From the IMG/VR virus record IMGVR_UViG_3300022602_000029, positions 96,001 to 160,000 of that record: a stretch of DNA of 64,000 nucleotides; one strand, written 5' to 3'. Positions 55,504 to 64,000 of the stretch are shown here, piece after piece. Position numbers and translations under genes: made by a program. Numbering within the stretch: position 1 is the stretch's first letter; each line of letters begins with the position of its first letter. Under the pieces are notes generated by a model, which was not told where the DNA came from, made no database searches, and saw only the letters and a list, made by a program, of their open reading frames with translations. Source of the DNA: a virus.

Positions 55504-55634
55504 TGAAACTACGCAAACTAAGAAAAAAACTATATAAGGCTATCTTTAAACATGATCTAGCCAAAGAGAAAAAAGTTTGGTTTAAGATCCTTAAGAAGTC
55601 CGTTCGACATAAACATACAGAGGATATTAGATAA
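55503..55634 (+). CDS. 43-aa basic peptide
   Basis: MKLRKLRKKLYKAIFKHDLAKEKKVWFKILKK; coupled at both ends. Confidence 0.55.
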   Translation: MKLRKLRKKLYKAIFKHDLAKEKKVWFKILKKSVRHKHTEDIR

Positions 55635-56020
55635 TGGCATATTCTGAGAAAGTTATTGATCACTATGAGAATCCCCGCAATGTAGGTAGCTTCGGAAAAG
55701 ACGATGCTGATGTTGGAACCGGCATGGTTGGTGCTCCTGCTTGTGGTGATGTAATGAAACTACAGATAAAGGTTGAAGATGGAATCATCACAGACGCCCG
55801 ATTCAAGACATACGGTTGTGGTTCAGCGATTGCGTCAAGCTCTCTTGTTACAGAATGGGTTAAAGGCAAGACACTGGACGAAGCCAGAGCTCTTAAGAAT
55901 AGCACGATTGCTGAAGAGCTTGCTCTCCCCCCAGTTAAAATCCACTGTTCAATCCTTGCCGAAGACGCAATCAAAGCGGCAGTAGATGACTATCGAAACA
56001 AACATAAGGAGACGGTATAA
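55634..56020 (+). CDS. iscU: Fe-S cluster scaffold IscU
   Basis: [48 protein letters not shown]. Confidence 0.97.
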   Translation: MAYSEKVIDHYENPRNVGSFGKDDADVGTGMVGAPACGDVMKLQIKVEDGIITDARFKTYGCGSAIASSSLVTEWVKGKTLDEARALKNSTIAEELALPPVKIHCSILAEDAIKAAVDDYRNKHKETV

Positions 56021-56355
56021 TGGAAATAATGACTATAACTGAATCAGCCGCAGGTAAGATAGCTGAGTTATTAGCAGAAGAAAACGAACCTAATCTAAAG
56101 ATACGTTGTTTCGTACAAGGTGGTGGATGTAGTGGTATGCAGTATGGATTTGATTTCGATGAAGATCAAAACGAAGACGATTTCGTTATTGAATCAAACG
56201 GTGCTACATTATTAGTAGACAGCATGAGCTATCAATACCTAACTGGCGCTACGATTGACTATAAAGAAGACCTACAAGGTAGCCAATTCGTTATTAAAAA
56301 TCCAAATGCCCAAACAACTTGCGGATGCGGTAGCTCATTTAGTGTGGCGGAATAA
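56020..56355 (+). CDS. erpA: Fe-S carrier ErpA
   Basis: [27 protein letters not shown]. Confidence 0.9.
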   Translation: MEIMTITESAAGKIAELLAEENEPNLKIRCFVQGGGCSGMQYGFDFDEDQNEDDFVIESNGATLLVDSMSYQYLTGATIDYKEDLQGSQFVIKNPNAQTTCGCGSSFSVAE

Positions 56356-56361
56356 CAACAG

Positions 56362-56390
56362 TTGACAAAGTTGGTAAAATCCTGTACAAT
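56362..56390 (+). promoter_or_regulatory. sigma70-type promoter of ligase operon
   Basis: TTGACA-17-TACAAT. Confidence 0.75.
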
Positions 56391-56419
56391 AGTAGCATGA
56401 CAACACACAGGAGTACCAG

Positions 56420-57742
56420 ATGAGCGACAACTGCGACAGAGTTATTAGGTCATTAGAAGAACATGCCAGCCGCCTTAATAAAGAACAGATCTTAGAAGCA
56501 GAGGCATCGTCTAGTAACACCGAACTATTTGACGGTATGAGATTAGCATTAGATAATCTTATCACTTTCGGTGTAAAGAAAGTACCTACACACGGAGGCC
56601 CTGACGGACAGGGATTACCGTGGGTCGCTTTCGTAGAACTAGCAGAACTATTGGCCAAACGACAACTAACAGGTGATGATGCTAAGACTGCTATCGAACT
56701 AGCGTTGTCAGCCAGTACTAAATCACAATGGAATGATTGGTATAGGCGCATCCTTATCAAAGACCTGCGTTGTGGTGTATCAGAAAAAACAGTTAATAAA
56801 GTTCTAAAAGCATTTCCAGATATCAAACCAGTACCTGTATTTGAATGCATGTTGGCACATGATGGTGCCAATCACGAGAAAAAGATAGCAGGTAAGAAGA
56901 TACTAGAACCTAAACTAGATGGTGTCCGTGTGATCACTGTGGTTAACTATGAACTACGCACAGTACAACAGTTCAGTCGTAATGGTAAAGAACTGGTAAA
57001 CTTTTCTCATATCACTGAAGCCCTAACTAAACATATCGATGATTTTGGTCGCAGTTATATTTTAGACGGAGAAATCATCAGTAGCAGTTTCCAAGACCTC
57101 ATGAAACAGGTACATAGGAAAGATGATGTTAAGGCAGATGATGCCAAGTTAATGTTATTTGATATCTTACCACTTAGCGAGTTCCGTAACGGTAAGAGCG
57201 TGATGACACAAAAGGTCCGCAGTAATCTCTTAAAGACATTCAGCAAAGTATGGGAACAGGTTCCTAGCATTGGTATAGTTCCACAGACAGAGGTAGATCT
57301 TGATGGAGCCGTTGGGGAAATACAGTTCAAACAGTTTAATAAAGATGCTATTGATGCCGGCTACGAAGGTATAATGATCAAAGATCCAAAAGCCCTTTAT
57401 GAATGTAAGCGTAGCACAGCCTGGTTAAAACAGAAACCATTTATCGAAGTATCATTGACCGTAACAGCGATTGAAGAAGGAACGGGAAGAAATGAAGGAA
57501 AACTTGGTGCTCTTATCTGTGATGGTACCGATGATGGTCGGCGCATCATCGTTAATGTTGGCAGTGGATTTAGTGATGAACAACGGGAGACTTTCTGGGC
57601 TGATCAAGAAGCTATGGTCGGACAGGTGGTCGAAGTCCGAGCAGATGCGGCGACTAGGAGCCAGGACAGCGAAGATATCTACTCGCTCAGGTTTCCTAGG
57701 TTTCTTCGATTCCGTGGTTTTGCGAAAGGTGAAAAGATCTAA
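56420..57742 (+). CDS. ATP-dependent DNA ligase
   Basis: EPKLDGVR, LDGEI, FDIL, EGIMIK, WLKQK, RFPRF. Confidence 0.96.
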   Translation: MSDNCDRVIRSLEEHASRLNKEQILEAEASSSNTELFDGMRLALDNLITFGVKKVPTHGGPDGQGLPWVAFVELAELLAKRQLTGDDAKTAIELALSASTKSQWNDWYRRILIKDLRCGVSEKTVNKVLKAFPDIKPVPVFECMLAHDGANHEKKIAGKKILEPKLDGVRVITVVNYELRTVQQFSRNGKELVNFSHITEALTKHIDDFGRSYILDGEIISSSFQDLMKQVHRKDDVKADDAKLMLFDILPLSEFRNGKSVMTQKVRSNLLKTFSKVWEQVPSIGIVPQTEVDLDGAVGEIQFKQFNKDAIDAGYEGIMIKDPKALYECKRSTAWLKQKPFIEVSLTVTAIEEGTGRNEGKLGALICDGTDDGRRIIVNVGSGFSDEQRETFWADQEAMVGQVVEVRADAATRSQDSEDIYSLRFPRFLRFRGFAKGEKI

Positions 57743-57743
57743 T

Positions 57744-57986
57744 ATGGATAAAGGCGCAATCAAAGAATTCATGTATGGTGGGCTCAAAGAGATCCTGTCT
57801 AATAGGCATTATTACTATTCTAGCGGAGCAGGAACAGACTACAGCCATCTAACAGAAGTGGGAGAAATAGTGGTGGTAGATTTTGTAAATCTAGTGGCTA
57901 GAACCATGTTAGAGTCCGAAGAGAAAGAGTTAAATACCCGTGCTAAAGAACTAGTAGTTAAAGGATTAAAAGGAGAATCAATCTAA
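57744..57986 (+). CDS. hypothetical protein
   Basis: Start MDKGAIKEF just after ligase stop (ORF track start 57471 overlaps ligase). Confidence 0.7.
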   Translation: MDKGAIKEFMYGGLKEILSNRHYYYSSGAGTDYSHLTEVGEIVVVDFVNLVARTMLESEEKELNTRAKELVVKGLKGESI

Positions 57987-57987
57987 A

Positions 57988-58206
57988 GTGGCAAAAGAAG
58001 ATGTTATAGAGATGACCGGAGTAGTCGAAGAAGTATTACCCAACGCTATGTTTCGCGTTAAGATAAATGAAACACACAAGATCACAGCAGTGATCAGTGG
58101 CAAGATGCGCCAACACCGTATACAGATCCTGCAAGGGGATCGAGTAAAGATCGAAATGAGTCCATACGATCTTACTCGCGGGCGTGTAGTTTATAGAGAA
58201 AAATAA
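57988..58206 (+). CDS. infA: translation initiation factor IF-1
   Basis: [19 protein letters not shown]...ISGKMR..RI.IL.GD.V..EMSPYDL.RGR. Confidence 0.97.
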   Translation: MAKEDVIEMTGVVEEVLPNAMFRVKINETHKITAVISGKMRQHRIQILQGDRVKIEMSPYDLTRGRVVYREK

Positions 58207-58208
58207 TC

Positions 58209-58724
58209 TTATTGCCCTAGATAGGGAGCCCAGCTGGGGTGATGGATATCAAAAGGCAGTTTCTTGCGGCGATCTACCAGCTGATAATAGCTGGGTTTAA
58301 ATGGCTTGAACTTAGGAACGATCTTGCGATTATTTCCTTTTTTGCTATTACAATCAGCGCAGGCAGTTACAGTATTCTCAAAAGTAGTCTTTCCACCATG
58401 TGATACAGGTAGCACATGATCTAACGTAGCTGTCTTGCGGTCTACTTGATCTTCGCAATAGACGCATTTCCATCCGTCCCTTAAGAAAACATTCTGTTTT
58501 GAGAAACGAACAGTGGTTTTGGTCTTTTGATATTCAGTCAACATGATAACAGCAGGAACACGGGTTTCCCATCGGGCGCTGTGGACTACCCAATCTTCGT
58601 ACCATTCTAGTACGTGGGCCTTTTCTAATACCATATATTTGATACTTTCTTCCCAGCTGATTATACTTAGAGGAAGCAGACTAACTGGGTTAGCGTCTGA
58701 ATTTAAAACTAAAACACCGTTCAT
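58209..58724 (-). CDS. HNH endonuclease (McrA-like)
   Basis: RDGWKCVYC...TLDHVLPVSHGG...FENTVTACADCNSKKG. Confidence 0.92.
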   Translation of the reverse strand: MNGVLVLNSDANPVSLLPLSIISWEESIKYMVLEKAHVLEWYEDWVVHSARWETRVPAVIMLTEYQKTKTTVRFSKQNVFLRDGWKCVYCEDQVDRKTATLDHVLPVSHGGKTTFENTVTACADCNSKKGNNRKIVPKFKPFKPSYYQLVDRRKKLPFDIHHPSWAPYLGQ

Positions 58725-58811
58725 GATAATATTTATGGTTGAGTTGATTACCGTTTTATTATAGCAGTTTCCAGGAAAATGAGCAATACTAGTTCTGGAA
58801 TAAATACCTGT

Positions 58812-60389
58812 ATGACCACTGCAACCATACTCGTTATCAATACAGGCACATCTCCAAACGCTGGGGATGGAGATACGCTAAGAACAGCCTTTAATAAAGT
58901 AAACTACAACTTCTCCCTAGTGGAAGAACAGATCAACTCCATAGTGGCCTTTACGGGCACAGTGACGGTAGTAGCCAATCTAGGTGATATCACCATAACC
59001 GGTCCTGTGATCAGCACCACAGGAACTAATGAATCTATTGTGCTAGCGCCTAACGGAACTGGAACAGTTATAGTTAACGGAACGCTAGAACCTTTATCGG
59101 GAATCCAGTTTCCTAACGGAACCATATTAACTACAGCTATTAATACCAGTAGCATAACGGTCAGCGAAATGTATACCAGCACTGGGGTGACCTATATACA
59201 GAATCAAGTCAACAATGTGACTACATTGAGATTCGACACAGACGCTGGCTTTACTGTGAGCGATATAGGATCTGGACAGGCCTTTGTCAGCATGAACAGT
59301 ACTTTCAAGTATTGGGTCATAGACGGAGAACCTACCTTAATAGCCAACGGATTAGATACCATGCACTTCAAAAAGGGCACAGGTATCAACATAATCAGTA
59401 GCGCCACAGATGTACCACAGAGCATACAGTTTAATCTAGCACCTGCTACGACCAGCACCTTAGGTGGTATAATAGTGGGACAGGGATTGGCAATAAATGC
59501 TCAAGGTATATTAACAGCCACTAACCTTGCCAGCACGGGAGAAGTAGTGTTTAGCCAAACTACTATGTATCCTCAGGCCAATAATCTAGACCTAGTAATA
59601 TCTAATCAATATGCCACGGTAGGAAACTACATCTTAGTACCAGCAGTGAATGACAATGTTACAGCATTGACCTTGCTAGGACAAAATGGATTGTTGATCA
59701 CTACCACGACATCTAGCAATGCTCCTATAGTGATAAGTCCAAACGATGACCTAAACGGTCCCGGGGATGTTCAGATATATGCCCAGGGTGCCTATGATTA
59801 TACTGCTGGAGTTTATATGGCCAGCACAGTATCTCAAGTGTTCCTATATCCTAGCGATGTGCTGCCGTCATTGGTATCTGCTTCTACAAATGAAACCGTG
59901 GGCACTTTAGATCTGGCCACTAGGCGTAATCACAGTATCAGTATCAGGCCGGGCGGTATAGACAGCAGTACAGGCACAGTCTATATGAATGGTACTCTTG
60001 TGGTCAACAGCGTCAATATATTAAATGGCAGCAAGATAGGAAATGCCACTACAGGAACATCCGCCGGTGGAAGCGGTGTTACCAGCAGTACCTATCTCAC
60101 CCAAGCTGTACAGTTAAATCTATCTGCTTTCGTGCAGAAGCTGACTAGCGGTGCCTACTACTTACCTCCTGGTATTGAAGGACAACAGGTATATTTTGCA
60201 CCAGTGACTGGCGCCACTAGCGGAACTAATATCGCTGTATGGATGCAGGTCATACGCAGTTTTTCAAACAACACAGCTTCAACATCAACTAATAGAGAAT
60301 GGTTCCCGTTCTATAGTTCAAGCGTAGGGTTACCGTATGCTATCTATACAGACGGTGCGTGGAATCTCAGTACCAATAACATAGTATAA
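58812..60389 (+). CDS. tail fibre / virion structural protein
   Basis: INTGTSPNAGDGDTLRTAFNKVN N-terminus, Thr/Gly/Asn-rich; AATAAATA 5 nt upstream. Confidence 0.8.
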   Translation: MTTATILVINTGTSPNAGDGDTLRTAFNKVNYNFSLVEEQINSIVAFTGTVTVVANLGDITITGPVISTTGTNESIVLAPNGTGTVIVNGTLEPLSGIQFPNGTILTTAINTSSITVSEMYTSTGVTYIQNQVNNVTTLRFDTDAGFTVSDIGSGQAFVSMNSTFKYWVIDGEPTLIANGLDTMHFKKGTGINIISSATDVPQSIQFNLAPATTSTLGGIIVGQGLAINAQGILTATNLASTGEVVFSQTTMYPQANNLDLVISNQYATVGNYILVPAVNDNVTALTLLGQNGLLITTTTSSNAPIVISPNDDLNGPGDVQIYAQGAYDYTAGVYMASTVSQVFLYPSDVLPSLVSASTNETVGTLDLATRRNHSISIRPGGIDSSTGTVYMNGTLVVNSVNILNGSKIGNATTGTSAGGSGVTSSTYLTQAVQLNLSAFVQKLTSGAYYLPPGIEGQQVYFAPVTGATSGTNIAVWMQVIRSFSNNTASTSTNREWFPFYSSSVGLPYAIYTDGAWNLSTNNIV

Positions 60390-60393
60390 TATT

Positions 60394-63300
60394 ATGACCA
60401 TAAGAAAAATAGCATCGGGGCAGGTAAACACAACACTAGCAAACTATGTGGGAGAAAACGGACATCTTTTCTATGATCCTACTTCCAGGATAATACGAAT
60501 AAGTGATGGACATACTCCCGGCGGAGTACAGTTTAATTTTCAGTTCGCAACTACTACAACCACTGGAGCTGTTAAAATAGGATCTGGAATAGCAGTAGAC
60601 TCTAGCGGTACTATCAGCGTAGATATAGCACAGCTTGATATAGACATACAGGCACTGACTACTGATGTATTACCTGCTACTAACTTGGCATATAATCTAG
60701 GTAGTCCAACAAAGCAATGGAAAAGTCTCTATGTAGGCACCAGCACAATATATCTCGGTGGTATTTCATTGAGTGTCAATACTAGCACAGGTCAGTTGAT
60801 TATCAATAATACCAGCACAGCTATCTATTCAGCAGAAGATGGAACTGTGGTTTTTCCTACAGGAATTGTTTTTAATACCGCGAGCTCTATCGTACTACCT
60901 ATTGGCGGTTATATTACATCCGTAGATGGTGGCAGTCCTTCTTTAGTGGCATCACAAGGTAATGCCGCAGTGATCAGCAACGCTAGCTCTTTTAATCAAC
61001 TATATGCTTGGGATAACGGGGTTTCTATCCAAACTAGCGCTAATAACAGCGGAACTACCTTTACCACATGGGCTTTTAATAATAATGGTAGTTTAACAGC
61101 ACCGGGCAATATCAATTGGTCTACAAACTATACCATAGATGGAAGTAGCGCCACTAATGGTATTGCCATGACCACCGATCGTGGAACTATATTGTTTGGT
61201 AATCATCCTGAAGTTGGGGGTGTCACCCACTTCCACATCATGAAGCAAAATCCCGAAGCTGTTGATCTTATATTTGGAGATGATTCTAATAATGTTACAA
61301 TGCTATCAGGGTCTGGTCCTGGCAGTGGCGGGGTTAAGGTTACTACGCAAGATTATTATGGAACAGGTAATCTATATAATTGGAATTTTGATAGTTCTGG
61401 TAGTTTGACCGTTCCTGGTAATATTTCAATGCCCTATCAATCTTGGATAGACCTTAACGGCGATGACACTAACTGGCGTATAGGAATGAATTTGAATGCT
61501 TATTCCAAATCATTCGCAACAAGTACTATCGATATTGTAGTTGGCCAAGGTTCGGTAGGACCAGATGGATTTTCAGTTGGACAAACAGGAGGCCAAAGCA
61601 TATTTGAACTCAACGGATATGATAGATCAGCCTACTTCTTGGGGTCAGTAAATATCAGTGACACATTAAATTTACAAGGTAATACTTCAAACATTAATTT
61701 TGCCAATAATGTTTCTATATATAGTAGTAGTAATGGACTCATTGATATCAGTTCAGGTGCCGCAGATATAACGGTTCAAAACGGTGTAGTATCTATAGTA
61801 GTAAACAATCAAAATGCTCAAAGCAAAACTTGGATTTTTGATTACTCTAGTGCCACTGGTGCCACTATAACATTTCCTGACACTTCAGTACAATCTACAG
61901 CCTGGACTGGATCCACAAGTACCTTAGTAAACGGCACATGGACCGCAGTATTGAGTAACACCGGAACTTTGCGTGTACAAAATCTCCAGGTACTAGGTAC
62001 ATTAACTACCATCAATAAAGAAAGCGTTACCGTTGAAACCGTAGGAACCCTAAACTTTACCGATACTACTGTACAAACCACAGCGTGGAATACAGCAACA
62101 ACTGTTTATTATAACCAGATCAGGAATACTCCTAATTTTATATCTAGTTCCAGTATTAGTGTCAACACCGGCAGTGCTATCACAACAGGTAGCCTAGCTT
62201 ACAATCCATTAACCAGCGTATTCACGTTCAATCCAACTGCGCCTTTCAACACCGCTACCTTAGTAGCCACTGCCGTAACTGCCAACAGCTTAGGCAATGG
62301 TGTTATCTCCATTGCTAACACCAGTGCGTCTACTAGCACCAATACTGGTGCTCTGGTAGTAGCAGGTGGTGCGGGTATAAACGGCAACGTAAACATAGGG
62401 GGTGCGGTACTAATAGGTACCAATACCAATCTTTATGTTAACGCCCAGGGACTTTCTCCATTAGGTGGCGGGTATTTCAATGTATCACCAGTACAATCAA
62501 AATATCCATTTAATAATATATTTGGAGGAGTGAATACTGCCAATACTTCTGTGATACAGGCGCTATCTCTAGGTGGAACACTTATAGGTACTACTATCAC
62601 ACAATACTCATATCTGATGCAGAATGGGGGTAGCTGGAATCCGCCTGCTAATGGTATAATGAATGGTGGAAATAGCACATATCTATTTGGTCTAGATCAG
62701 CAACCTACATGGGGTAATACAGCTACATCGGCAGTGGGAACACCATTTGGTATCTATCTCAATCGTATTTTCTTAAACGCAGGCCCGTCTTCCACCGGCA
62801 CGGTAACCAATGTCTATCACATTGGAATTAATAATATAAATGCTGATGCCGCATCTAGTGCTACTATAACTAATGTCTATGGTATCTATCAAGCAAACTT
62901 TGCCCAATCAAATAATGTAAGTATAACCAATGCTTATGGATTCTATGGTAGACAGACTACAACTGGTGCCACAGCTACCAACTGGAACTTGTACATGCAG
63001 GGCAATGCTCCTAACTATATGGCGGGGAACCTATATATAGGAACTACAGCGCAAAGCGGCGGAGCGATATTAACAGTCAACGGTGGAGTATATGTCAACG
63101 GCATACTGACTGCTACTACTATAGCTGCCACATCTAGTATCACTATCAATGGATATGCTGTATCTACCGCAACATCATTTAATACAGCTACCTTGGTAGC
63201 TAACGCAGTAAATGCACAGATAGCCACTACAACTACTAACTTTAACACAGCTACTTTGGTAGCCAACGCGGTAAATGCGCAGATAGCCACTACAACTACT

Positions 63301-64000
63301 AACTTTAACACAGCTACTTTGGTAAACATAGCACAAAACGTAGTAGGTGGTATTGGTGTTAGTTCGCTAGTAGCAGGCACTGGAACAAATATCAGCGCAT
63401 CGAGCGGTACTGTTACTATTTGGACGACTGCTACAGGCGGAACATTTAATACATCAACATTAGTAGCCAACGCAGTAAATGCACAGATAGCGACTACAGC
63501 TACTAACTTCAATACCGCTACCTTGGTAGCTAATTCCGTTAATGCACAGATAGCGACTACAGCTACTAACTTCAACACAGCAACGCTGGTCAATATAGCA
63601 CAAAACGTAGTAGGTGGTATTGGTGTTAGTTCGTTAACTGCTGGTACAGGAACCGTAGTATCGGCTAGTTCAGGAAGTGTAACTATATGGATCAACACCG
63701 CTACATTGATGGCGACAGCCGTCACAGCTCTTAACGCTAGCGGAGTCAGCGCTACTACTACCAGCACACTAACCGCTGGTACATATACAGCCGTGTTAAG
63801 TTCAGCTACAGGAGTATTGAGTGTTCCGGGCACCATAGCAGGTACGGCTAACACCAGCACGGTACAGATACAGTCTACCTATAACAACAGCACAGGTACT
63901 TGGTCGTTTAACTACAATGGTACTACAGGTACAGTCACATTCCCAGATGGTACTGTTCAAACCACGGCCTACAGCACCGGTTCTTTGACCGTTAATACAG
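60394..64000 (+). CDS. long tail fibre protein (partial, runs off right edge; absent from ORF track)
   Basis: MTIRKIASGQVNTTLANYVGENGHLFYDP...RISDGHTPGG (Mtd_N-like); frame spot-checked at 60961, 61561, 61981, 62245, 63178, 63841. Confidence 0.85.
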   Translation, partial: MTIRKIASGQVNTTLANYVGENGHLFYDPTSRIIRISDGHTPGGVQFNFQFATTTTTGAVKIGSGIAVDSSGTISVDIAQLDIDIQALTTDVLPATNLAYNLGSPTKQWKSLYVGTSTIYLGGISLSVNTSTGQLIINNTSTAIYSAEDGTVVFPTGIVFNTASSIVLPIGGYITSVDGGSPSLVASQGNAAVISNASSFNQLYAWDNGVSIQTSANNSGTTFTTWAFNNNGSLTAPGNINWSTNYTIDGSSATNGIAMTTDRGTILFGNHPEVGGVTHFHIMKQNPEAVDLIFGDDSNNVTMLSGSGPGSGGVKVTTQDYYGTGNLYNWNFDSSGSLTVPGNISMPYQSWIDLNGDDTNWRIGMNLNAYSKSFATSTIDIVVGQGSVGPDGFSVGQTGGQSIFELNGYDRSAYFLGSVNISDTLNLQGNTSNINFANNVSIYSSSNGLIDISSGAADITVQNGVVSIVVNNQNAQSKTWIFDYSSATGATITFPDTSVQSTAWTGSTSTLVNGTWTAVLSNTGTLRVQNLQVLGTLTTINKESVTVETVGTLNFTDTTVQTTAWNTATTVYYNQIRNTPNFISSSSISVNTGSAITTGSLAYNPLTSVFTFNPTAPFNTATLVATAVTANSLGNGVISIANTSASTSTNTGALVVAGGAGINGNVNIGGAVLIGTNTNLYVNAQGLSPLGGGYFNVSPVQSKYPFNNIFGGVNTANTSVIQALSLGGTLIGTTITQYSYLMQNGGSWNPPANGIMNGGNSTYLFGLDQQPTWGNTATSAVGTPFGIYLNRIFLNAGPSSTGTVTNVYHIGINNINADAASSATITNVYGIYQANFAQSNNVSITNAYGFYGRQTTTGATATNWNLYMQGNAPNYMAGNLYIGTTAQSGGAILTVNGGVYVNGILTATTIAATSSITINGYAVSTATSFNTATLVANAVNAQIATTTTNFNTATLVANAVNAQIATTTTNFNTATLVNIAQNVVGGIGVSSLVAGTGTNISASSGTVTIWTTATGGTFNTSTLVANAVNAQIATTATNFNTATLVANSVNAQIATTATNFNTATLVNIAQNVVGGIGVSSLTAGTGTVVSASSGSVTIWINTATLMATAVTALNASGVSATTTSTLTAGTYTAVLSSATGVLSVPGTIAGTANTSTVQIQSTYNNSTGTWSFNYNGTTGTVTFPDGTVQTTAYSTGSLTVNT
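63178..63650 (+). repeat. nested coding repeats: 63-bp unit within a 267-bp duplication
   Basis: FNT(A/S)TLV... units start at 63178, 63241, 63304 and 63445, 63508, 63571. Confidence 0.9.

Noticed and set aside
57471-57743. Long N-terminal extension of the ORF after ligase
   Set aside because: Overlaps ligase by 270 nt; ATG at 57744 directly after the ligase stop is more plausible
63178-63650. Diversity-generating retroelement TR/VR pair
   Set aside because: Differences between copies are mostly synonymous rather than adenine-specific, and no reverse transcriptase is in the window
63015-63860. 281-aa minus-strand ORF and other antisense ORFs (58904..59182, 59204..59458, 61842..62081, 62199..62429, 62433..62678)
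   Set aside because: Shadows of Thr/Ala/Asn-rich plus-strand tail fibre genes
1-64000. Stop-codon reassignment
   Set aside because: Conserved enzymes are full length under code 11, and TAG, TGA and TAA all end genes at plausible positions
1-64000. tRNA, tmRNA or rRNA genes
   Set aside because: No convincing T-loop/cloverleaf or rRNA signature found by eye; a tRNAscan run could still find one

Overview
A 64-kb segment of a large T4-like dsDNA tailed phage, standard genetic code. A betaproteobacterial host is inferred from the IscU, ErpA and IF-1 sequences and is not proven. Layout: (1) 0.3-9.7 kb replication genes: clamp-loader subunit, a 192-aa DnaE-like core, primase, helicase, YqgE, nucleotidyltransferase, NT5C. 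(2) 9.9-19.5 kb minus-strand early region of about 29 small genes behind repeated sigma70 promoter/stem-loop cassettes, including a FeoA-like gene missed by the ORF track. (3) 19.5-20.5 kb non-coding strand switch with a candidate structured RNA and five tandem DnaA-box-like 9-mers at 11-bp period. (4) 20.5-29.2 kb late genes with T4-like capsid-targeting N-termini, Dam, glycosyltransferases and a cell wall hydrolase. (5) 29.2-54.9 kb AT-rich modification island: 7 radical SAM enzymes, 2 U32-like proteins, 4 2OG-Fe(II) oxygenases, sugar enzymes and a halogenase. (6) iscA/iscU/erpA, DNA ligase, IF-1, HNH and two tail-fibre genes, the last running off the window. Best candidate for a new system: a late operon of three radical SAM enzymes (two with full SPASM domains) around a 33-Cys protein ending in (CTCNCNY)x4 fused directly to a Peptidase S74 self-cleaving chaperone. 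This suggests RiPP-like modification of a virion fibre protein, with phage-encoded Fe-S supply. All calls come from reading motifs by eye; no database search was run.
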